Shown here: piece after piece, positions 46,442-52,813 of the stretch
Layout of the letters: every line of letters begins with the position of its first letter
Numbering within the stretch: the first letter of the stretch is position 1
Source of the DNA: a virus
Taxonomy: Duplodnaviria; Caudoviricetes
Length of the DNA: 52,813 nucleotides
Virus record (IMG/VR): IMGVR_UViG_3300034110_000489
Coordinates: 1 to 52,813 of that record
Reading direction: 5' to 3' (one strand)
Notes under the pieces: model-generated
Told to the model about the DNA's origin: nothing
Seen by the model: only the letters and a program-made list of their open reading frames with translations
The model's database searches: none
Position numbers and translations under genes: made by a program

Positions 46442-47965
46442 TTACTCGGACTCGGAACCGGGAGCCTTGAGGGTCGTCGGTTGAAGTCCGGTGAACCTCG
46501 CACCCGGCAGACCGACGAGTTTCGCCGCGACCTCCGGCTCCATGCCGGCACGGATCAGGATCCCGAGAGCGTCGGCCTTCGCGCGCATCGTCGCGACGTC
46601 GTCGGCCTCGGTGGTGACAGTGTCGACCGTCTCGGTGTCCATCTCCTCGGGCATTCCGAGGCCGGGGATGAGAGTCGAGAGAGGCGACTCGTGATCGGCC
46701 GGCGGGAGGTTGCCGACATCGCGCAAGAAGTTTTCGAGTCCCTCGTCGGGGATGAGTGCTCCGGCCTGAGTGAGTTTCCCGACGAAGTCGGCGATCGAGG
46801 TTAGGTCGATGGATCCGAGTTCGCCGTAGGTGAGCATCGGACAGCGCGACGTATCCATACCGTTGAGTTTGAGGAGACGAGGGATCGCGTGATCGTTGAA
46901 GACATCGCAGATAGCGCGCACCCATGCTTCGACGGCGGAGATGAACAGGTCGATCTTCGAGGATCCGAGAGCGAATGATCCGACGCCTTCGTGTCCGAGG
47001 AGAATGAAATCGGAGAGTGTCGTCATCGCGATTCGTTGGTCGTAACGAGAAATAATCTTGTCCGTGTCGAACTGACGTTGACCGCCGGAGGAGAGAAGTT
47101 CGAGTCGGAACATCTCGCGTCCGCTCTCGTCGTATGCCAACGGGAACACGACGCCTTCCTGCTCGTTTCGTTTGATCCCCTGAACGATGTCGGTGATCGC
47201 TGAAAGTGCGGACTGTTGGGCCTGAGTCGCGCTCGACGAAAGCAACGACGGCGGGACGTATGCGATCGGAAGTCCGGCGAGATCGCGTTCGATGCCGACC
47301 GCCTCGAACTCCTCGATACGACGCTTGTAATACCACGGGCGAAACGAGTTGCGGAGAATGGAGCGACCCTCGGGGTTCGCCTTTGCCACTGTCGTTCGGA
47401 ACAGCAACGCTTTTTCCATCGGGATCGTCGCGTGTTTGCCGGTCGACGGATCCCACTGAACCATCGCTTCGAGTCCACCATCGGGACCGAACACCCATTG
47501 CCAGCGCGTTTCCTGAGCACGGTAGGCGATCTTTCGCCATCCGATCTTCCCGTCGTTGTAACGTGATTTCTTCGACGCGTCTTTCGCGTCCGGTCCGCCT
47601 CGACGCTTGTAGACGAGTTCGTGAAACGAGAATCCGAACGGGAGCATCGTCAGGATTCCTTGAAGCAACGCGCCCCACGATTCGTTCAGGTCGTGGCGAC
47701 ACGACTCGACGAACTCGGCGACTGCCTCATCCTGCGGAGTGCTCACGCCGTCGGAGTCGACGTACGGGTCGGTGCGCCATTCGACTTTCATGATGAGTTT
47801 CTCGATAGCGAACAGCAGAGCGCCGACGATCGGATCGTTGTCCGACATCTCGCGCCACGCGTTGACGGCGTTAGTTCCCCGGAGGGCGGAGAGTTGGTCG
47901 TCGATGACGAAGCCGCCGACGCGACGTAGGCCGGTTGTTCCGAGTTCGGTCATCTCGTCAGACAT
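46442..47965 (-). CDS. Portal protein
   Basis: 507 aa; GFSFHELVYK, NPEGRSILR, IERDLAGLP, GSFAL. Confidence 0.9.
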   Translation of the reverse strand: MSDEMTELGTTGLRRVGGFVIDDQLSALRGTNAVNAWREMSDNDPIVGALLFAIEKLIMKVEWRTDPYVDSDGVSTPQDEAVAEFVESCRHDLNESWGALLQGILTMLPFGFSFHELVYKRRGGPDAKDASKKSRYNDGKIGWRKIAYRAQETRWQWVFGPDGGLEAMVQWDPSTGKHATIPMEKALLFRTTVAKANPEGRSILRNSFRPWYYKRRIEEFEAVGIERDLAGLPIAYVPPSLLSSSATQAQQSALSAITDIVQGIKRNEQEGVVFPLAYDESGREMFRLELLSSGGQRQFDTDKIISRYDQRIAMTTLSDFILLGHEGVGSFALGSSKIDLFISAVEAWVRAICDVFNDHAIPRLLKLNGMDTSRCPMLTYGELGSIDLTSIADFVGKLTQAGALIPDEGLENFLRDVGNLPPADHESPLSTLIPGLGMPEEMDTETVDTVTTEADDVATMRAKADALGILIRAGMEPEVAAKLVGLPGARFTGLQPTTLKAPGSESE

Positions 47966-48254
47966 ACGGGGTCTTCCTCCGGGCGGTGATCTTCAGCGAC
48001 GCGCTCTCTATCGTAGCGCCTAGATTCATCTCGGACCGGATGCGCGCGCGATCGTCGCGAGCGTGACCTCCCCATACGCCGAATGGCTCGTCGAGGTGCT
48101 CGGTCAGACAGCGTATGCGAACGAGACAGTCAGCGCAGACGCGACGCGCCTCGCCGACCTCGTCACGAGAAAAGAACAACGAAAGCGGGATCTCCTCGGA
48201 TCGGCATCGGGCGCCTACCCACCACGGCGGAGCGGCGACGAACGGGAGTCTCAC
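47958..48254 (-). CDS. WhiB-family transcriptional regulator
   Basis: A.C...FF...ARRVCADC.VR..CL...GVWGG. Confidence 0.87.
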   Translation of the reverse strand: MRLPFVAAPPWWVGARCRSEEIPLSLFFSRDEVGEARRVCADCLVRIRCLTEHLDEPFGVWGGHARDDRARIRSEMNLGATIESASLKITARRKTPYV

Positions 48255-48439
48255 TCGGCGAGACCTTGCTCAGCGATGAGGTACGCGATCAGTCGGAGGG
48301 CGGCGCCGTCGTCGAATCCGCCGTCGATCAGGGCGAGGTAGATCTCGTGTAGTGCGACGGTCGCTTCGACCAGTGGGGCGAGGTCGACGTCGTCCTCGAT
48401 CTCGTCGAGGTCCTCGTCGTCGTAATCGTCGGCGCTCAT
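48251..48439 (-). CDS. Hypothetical protein (leaderless)
   Basis: TACGAT 6 nt before ATG; LHEIY.AL..GGF. Confidence 0.65.
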   Translation of the reverse strand: MSADDYDDEDLDEIEDDVDLAPLVEATVALHEIYLALIDGGFDDGAALRLIAYLIAEQGLAE

Positions 48440-48888
48440 CTCCGGATCGTAGCGGGAGATCGGCGACCGTCGGGGATGCTCAGTCGAGGAAGCGGGCCGC
48501 GATGATCGCTCGGGCGCGCACCTCGTGGAAACTGAAATGCGATCGTGCGGCGACATAGCGGGAGAGGGTCTCGCGCATCCGGTACGCGTGTCGTGCCGAC
48601 GGGCGGTCGTGACTCTTTACGGAGAGTTGGGCGACGTGATGCCAGCCGGCCGCCTCGGTGATGAGGAGACGGACCGAGTCGGTGTCGAGGACCTCGGCGC
48701 CGTCGACGATGGCGACCTCTGCTCCGGGGATCACTTGCCGGCCCGGATCATGTCGAGGACAGTCTCGGCGGAGTCGACGAGGAGTCGGAGACGCTCGATC
48801 TCGACGATCGCCAGTTCGAGCCATAGGGGGTCGACGCGATCTCCGCCGGCGTCTCGGATCGTGCGGAGCCGGTCGAGGATGTCCGGTC

Positions 48889-49419
48889 TCATTCGTCGCC
48901 TCCGAGAGTGACGGCCTCACGGGCGGCGGTGCGGAGTTGGTCGGCGACTCCGGGCGGGAGAGTGATCGTCGAGCCGGCGAGACCTCGGGAGAGTTTCTCT
49001 ACGATCATGGCGGGGAGGACGATCGCGAGAGATCCCTCGGGGACCGTTGGTCGTCGAGTCCGTGTCGACGGTTCCTCGATCGGTCGTCCGTCCACGAACA
49101 ACGGGAGGACGTAGATCTTACATCGGTTGCGGGAGGCGGAGAGGCGGGCGATGAGTCCGGCACGGTGGAGAACCGACAGGACTCCGGACGCCTGTCCGTG
49201 ATGCCATCCGAGCGCGTCGGCGAGGTCGTGCCACGTCATCCCGTCGGAGCCGGCGGCCTTGAGTCGGCGGAGCGTCTCGGACTGTCGGGCGGTGGTCGTG
49301 CCGTCGGTGTCCTCGACGCGTGCTCGACGCTCGGAGGTGTCGGTTCCGGAGTGTCCGGACGTGCCGGCGTACGGGAGGATCGGATCGAACAGGTCGCGAT
49401 CGAGATCGGGAGAGGTCAT
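48889..49419 (-). CDS. Winged-HTH DNA-binding protein
   Basis: GMTWHDLADALGWHHGQASGVLSVLHRAG. Confidence 0.7.
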   Translation of the reverse strand: MTSPDLDRDLFDPILPYAGTSGHSGTDTSERRARVEDTDGTTTARQSETLRRLKAAGSDGMTWHDLADALGWHHGQASGVLSVLHRAGLIARLSASRNRCKIYVLPLFVDGRPIEEPSTRTRRPTVPEGSLAIVLPAMIVEKLSRGLAGSTITLPPGVADQLRTAAREAVTLGGDE

Positions 49420-49616
49420 CGGTCGCCGCCTCGGATGACGATCCCGGAGTCGAGACCGACGGCGCCGTCGTCGATCGCGTGAAACAGACGGGCGAGGAGT
49501 TGGTACAGCATCTCGACGGATGGATCGTCGCCTCGGTCGAAGTCGTCGGCGAGGAGGTCGACGAGGTGTCCGAGGTCGTCGATCGAGATCGAGACCCATG
49601 ATTCGGGGGAGGTCAT
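49416..49616 (-). CDS. Hypothetical protein
   Basis: AAAGGA RBS, ATGA overlap. Confidence 0.55.
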   Translation of the reverse strand: MTSPESWVSISIDDLGHLVDLLADDFDRGDDPSVEMLYQLLARLFHAIDDGAVGLDSGIVIRGGDR

Positions 49617-49932
49617 GCGGCATTTCCTTTCGTGGTGGTGTTGGGGGTGTTGCTCTGTTGAGTCTCCCATCGGCGGTACGCGTCGAGGGTGATGGTCGTT
49701 CCGATGAGGGCGTGAGGCGGAATCCGGAGAGAGACGCCTCGTCGAGAGACTGTCGTCCACGTCGAGGCTTCGTCCTCGTCGTACGATCCGACGCGTGTCC
49801 GGGCGTCACGGTCTCGGCCGATCAGGTGCGGGAGGATGTCTCGGTCACCCATGACGCCGGCGTATCGGTTCTCCCACGCGATCGACGGGAGTCGAGGCGG
49901 ATCGTATGACGACGGTCGGCCGGGTCCGTCGA

Positions 49933-50178
49933 TCACGGGAGACCTCCGGACGGATGCGTCGAGGCGGTGAGGATCTGATCGTCAGAGATCCAAAGAAGGC
50001 GAGAGGTGTCGTCGGCGGTGGCGACGTGGACCGGGACGATCTGTCGGAGCGCGCACGGGACGACGGGGCGCTCGTCGGCGATGACGCCGAGGCAGAGAGT
50101 CGCGAGGTGCGATCCGGTTACGGTCTCATTGTCGAGGACGAATCGGACTGTCATCCCGGGGGCGAGGTCGAGGGTCAT
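49933..50178 (-). CDS. Hypothetical protein
   Basis: MTLDLAPG start, ATGA overlap. Confidence 0.5.
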   Translation of the reverse strand: MTLDLAPGMTVRFVLDNETVTGSHLATLCLGVIADERPVVPCALRQIVPVHVATADDTSRLLWISDDQILTASTHPSGGLP

Positions 50179-50396
50179 CGGGCGATGTAGAGGGCCGGGG
50201 CGATCAGGGTATGAGCGTCGTCGAGTGCTCTCGTGCGATGTCCGGCGCGTGTGAACGGGGCGAGGTCTCGGGAGTCGACAGCGTGTCGGACGATCCACGA
50301 GCCGGCGGGGAATCCGTGGACATCGGAGAGGATCGGTTCGGCCGGTCCGATCAGTCGGAGACCGTCGAGCCATGCGGGGCGTATGGGATCAGGCAT
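50175..50396 (-). CDS. Hypothetical protein
   Basis: GGAGG RBS. Confidence 0.55.
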   Translation of the reverse strand: MPDPIRPAWLDGLRLIGPAEPILSDVHGFPAGSWIVRHAVDSRDLAPFTRAGHRTRALDDAHTLIAPALYIAR

Positions 50397-50658
50397 CGGA
50401 CGAGCCTCCTTCGGTGATCGGATCGTAGTCCGGTGCCTCCTCGAAGATGGCGACGAACCGATCGCCGGCCGGGGTCGTGATCTCCCATCCGGGGCCGCCG
50501 TAGAAATGGTCGAGGGCGATCGACCATCCGGTCGGGAGGGTGACGAGGTTGTTCTCCGGGACCTCGACGAGCGAGTAGAGGAGGACGAGAGCGGCCTCCT
50601 CTGCTGTCCGGTGGTACGGGTCGTGAGGGTCGACGTAGTCGGGGTGCGGGGCGGTCAT
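50389..50658 (-). CDS. Hypothetical protein
   Basis: GGAGG RBS, ATGA overlap. Confidence 0.6.
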   Translation of the reverse strand: MTAPHPDYVDPHDPYHRTAEEAALVLLYSLVEVPENNLVTLPTGWSIALDHFYGGPGWEITTPAGDRFVAIFEEAPDYDPITEGGSSDA

Positions 50659-50842
50659 GAGATGGATCCTCCGAGGGTCAGGGTATGGGCTTCGATGGTG
50701 GCGATCGGTGACGGGTCTCCGGTTACTCGGAGCATCGTGTACGAGTGCTCCCATCGGTCGAGGTCGAGGTCGTCGATCCGGTCGAGGATCGCGGTCCGGT
50801 CGTCGAAGTTGGCGGGTAGGTGAAGCATGATCGAGGCCACGG

Positions 50843-51133
50843 TCAGACCTCCCCGGTCGACGCGTCTCGGATGTCCTGACAATACGGACACCATTGTTCG
50901 GGGGCGCTCGACCATGATCGGGCGAGGTCGATCGTCTCGTGAGAGCACACTCCGCCGTGGTCATCGCAGAGCGTGTACCACGGTTGCGTACCGCCGTCGG
51001 AGTCGAGGCCGGCGGCGTCTGCCTCGGCGACGAGGACGAGAGTCCCGGTCGATCGGGCGAACGATGCGGAGCGGATGCCGGCGTAGGTCAGTGCCTCGCG
51101 ACGTCGTGCTCGGCGATCGGTGTCGGCGCTCAT
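50843..51133 (-). CDS. Hypothetical Cys/His protein
   Basis: W..LC..HG...WCPYC. Confidence 0.65.
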   Translation of the reverse strand: MSADTDRRARRREALTYAGIRSASFARSTGTLVLVAEADAAGLDSDGGTQPWYTLCDDHGGVCSHETIDLARSWSSAPEQWCPYCQDIRDASTGEV

Positions 51134-51324
51134 CGTGCGCCTCCGTCGAGGTCGGCTCCGCCGGTGGCGATCAGGATCTCGGCGGTGTCGACCGGGAGAG
51201 GGAGCGAGCGGAACGGGTAGCGGCCCTGAGCGATGTAACGGGCGCGGCGTCGGCCGTTCTTGTCTGTCGAGAAGGAGATCGTGATCCGGCAGTTGTATCC
51301 GGGTGTGTTGGTGGTGGTGTTCAT
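51130..51324 (-). CDS. Hypothetical protein, first gene of P7 cassette
   Basis: MNTTT start after conserved leader. Confidence 0.7.
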   Translation of the reverse strand: MNTTTNTPGYNCRITISFSTDKNGRRRARYIAQGRYPFRSLPLPVDTAEILIATGGADLDGGAR

Positions 51325-51374
51325 GGTGGTCGCCTCCGTGGCGGCTAGGTGTCGGCCGGTGTGCCGATGGATGT

Positions 51375-51403
51375 ATCTTACACGATCGCTCTACCGGGGT
51401 CAA
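51375..51403 (-). promoter_or_regulatory. Conserved promoter P7 (spacer variant)
   Basis: TTGACC-ccggtagagcgatcgtg (17 nt)-TAAGAT. Confidence 0.85.
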
Positions 51404-51667
51404 GTACCCCGGGGAGATTTCTTTCGGGCCAGTCTCGGACCGGGATCGAGAGCCGGTCGACCAGCGCCCATACGAGGACGAGGTCGTCGGCGATCTCCTC
51501 CTCGATCCGGTAGGGGGGAGCGGGAGTCTCGATCGACAGTTCGATTACTGACCGGCGGAGACCCTGTAGGAGCGCCTGACACTCCTCCGGGGTGAGATCG
51601 ACCGAGAGGACCGGACCGATCTCGCCGGCGCTCTCCGAGCCTCTGAGGGTGCTCTCCGGGTTCATGC

Positions 51668-52039
51668 TCAGTACCCGTAGTCTCGACGGGGAGCGACCTC
51701 GTCGAGCCATGCGGCGTCGACGTCGGCGCCGGCGACGAGGCAGAGCGTCCGGACCCGGTCGGAGCGGTCGAGGAGGATGTCGAGCGGATGACCGATCGCG
51801 CGTCCCGTGACGACTCGGTAGGCGTCGCGATGCTCGGAGATGTCGTCGACGTTGCCGGCCGAAATGTAGAGATGGTTGGCGGCGGTGCCTCGGCCAGTCG
51901 TGACCGAGAATCGGAGTCCGGTCCGTTGGCGGAGCATCGTCCGTAGGAGAGCGGCGGTCTCCTTCGGGGAGTCGGCGATCGCGGTCAGACGGTAAAGGTC
52001 GTATGAACCGATGGTGGCGGGAATGGTGGTGGTGTTCAT
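51668..52039 (-). CDS. Hypothetical protein, first gene of P8 cassette
   Basis: MNTTT start; G.RFSVTTGRGTA. Confidence 0.7.
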   Translation of the reverse strand: MNTTTIPATIGSYDLYRLTAIADSPKETAALLRTMLRQRTGLRFSVTTGRGTAANHLYISAGNVDDISEHRDAYRVVTGRAIGHPLDILLDRSDRVRTLCLVAGADVDAAWLDEVAPRRDYGY

Positions 52040-52091
52040 GGTGGTGATCCTCCTCGGATCTCTAGGTCGGCCGGGGCGGCCGTTGCTCGTA

Positions 52092-52120
52092 ACCTTACAC
52101 GACTGCTCTACCCCGGTCAA
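52092..52120 (-). promoter_or_regulatory. Conserved promoter P8
   Basis: TTGACC-ggggtagagcagtcgtg (17 nt)-TAAGGT. Confidence 0.85.
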
Positions 52121-52165
52121 GTACCCGGGGGGATGCCAGTCTCCCCTACGGATCTCCGACCTCGA

Positions 52166-52399
52166 TCAGAGATCCGGGTCTCCTCGACCTCGATCAGCGA
52201 TCACCCATCCGAGGCAGAGCAACGGGAGAGCGACCAGCGACCACGGGAGAGCAATCCACACGAGACCCGCGAGGACGAGACCGGCGAGGACAAGGACCCC
52301 GAACGCGAGGATCCCGACAAGCGCTCCGGCGGCGAGGGCGAGAGGATCGTCATCGGCGGCGGCGATCAGTCGATCGAGGAGATCGTCGAGGCGTCTCAT
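52166..52399 (-). CDS. Small membrane protein
   Basis: Long hydrophobic stretch; ATGA overlap. Confidence 0.55.
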   Translation of the reverse strand: MRRLDDLLDRLIAAADDDPLALAAGALVGILAFGVLVLAGLVLAGLVWIALPWSLVALPLLCLGWVIADRGRGDPDL

Positions 52400-52576
52400 C
52401 CCCGAGCCTCGTCCTCGTGGATCTGCTCCACGGCGAGGAGGAGAGCGCCGGCCAGTCGGACGGCGTCGAGCGTCGAGAGATGCGCGCCGAGATCCTCTCC
52501 AGTGGTCGACGGACTGATCTCGACCCATACGGCGCCGGTCTGACCGAGCGACGGTCGAGCGGTGACACGTTGAGCG

Positions 52577-52813
52577 ATCACGACGGGACCTCGATCCGCT
52601 CGATCCTCGATCCGGGACACGTCGCGACGAGGACCTCGACGAGAGCGTCGGCGTCAGCGGCGGGCAGAGCGTCGGCCCGGTCGCGTGTCGTGAGCCATCC
52701 GCCGGCCCGGGTCCACACGATCGACGAGGATCCGGGGAACTCGACGGTCACGAGATAACGCGGTTCAGTCATCGGTCGCCTCCGATGCGAGGTCGATCAC
52801 GAGGGCGACGATC
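52577..52813. repeat. Terminal direct repeat, right copy
   Basis: Matches 1-237. Confidence 0.95.
52578..52772 (-). CDS. Hypothetical protein (same gene as 2-196)
   Basis: 64 aa ORF within the terminal overlap. Confidence 0.6.
   Translation of the reverse strand: MTEPRYLVTVEFPGSSSIVWTRAGGWLTTRDRADALPAADADALVEVLVATCPGSRIERIEVPS

Noticed and set aside
1481-52130. Dispersed repeat as a CRISPR array or IS ends
   Set aside because: Copies are not regularly spaced, no cas or transposase genes are present, and each copy has promoter geometry upstream of an ORF
209-52758. Many long plus-strand and alternate-frame Arg/Ser-rich ORFs in the ORF track
   Set aside because: Shadow ORFs of a high-GC genome overlapping well-supported minus-strand genes; only 1753-2672 looks coding on the plus strand
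1-52813. Integrase, attP or lysogeny module
   Set aside because: No tyrosine or serine recombinase motifs recognised; the ParB domains are the packaging-locus type with no ParA

Overview
The window is an apparently complete, circular genome of about 52.6 kb from a high-GC tailed phage with siphovirus-type architecture. Bases 1-237 recur at 52577-52813. WhiB-like and Rpf-like genes point to an Actinomycetota host. Almost all genes are on the minus strand. Modules: (1) packaging (TerS, TerL split into ATPase and nuclease genes) flanked by a DNA-hypermodification cluster (ParB-like x2, TET/JBP-like 2OG-Fe(II) dioxygenase, glycosyltransferase, FkbM methyltransferase, gp88-like); (2) host-dependent replication/recombination (SNF2/HARP helicase, RusA, initiator with iteron-like repeats, helicase loader, SSAP, Gam); (3) tail (TMP, frameshifted chaperone, two tail-tube paralogs, three paralogous tip proteins); (4) head (portal, MuF, multidomain XkdF-type protease, Dps, scaffold, decoration, major capsid). 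No integrase, DNA polymerase, reverse transcriptase, tRNA or CRISPR array was seen. Most notable signals: eight copies of a conserved promoter, seven with a hairpin-CCTAG-hairpin leader, driving dispersed accessory cassettes; a protease polyprotein with a HiPIP-like domain coupled to a Dps that carries a putative maturation-cleavage leader; a TET/glycosyltransferase locus with no cytosine methyltransferase; strong TCGA/GATC enrichment with apparent AGCT/TGCA/CCWGG avoidance; and a Com-like zinc finger, missing from the ORF track, upstream of a repeat-bearing tail-gene UTR. All family calls come from motif recognition by eye, not database searches.
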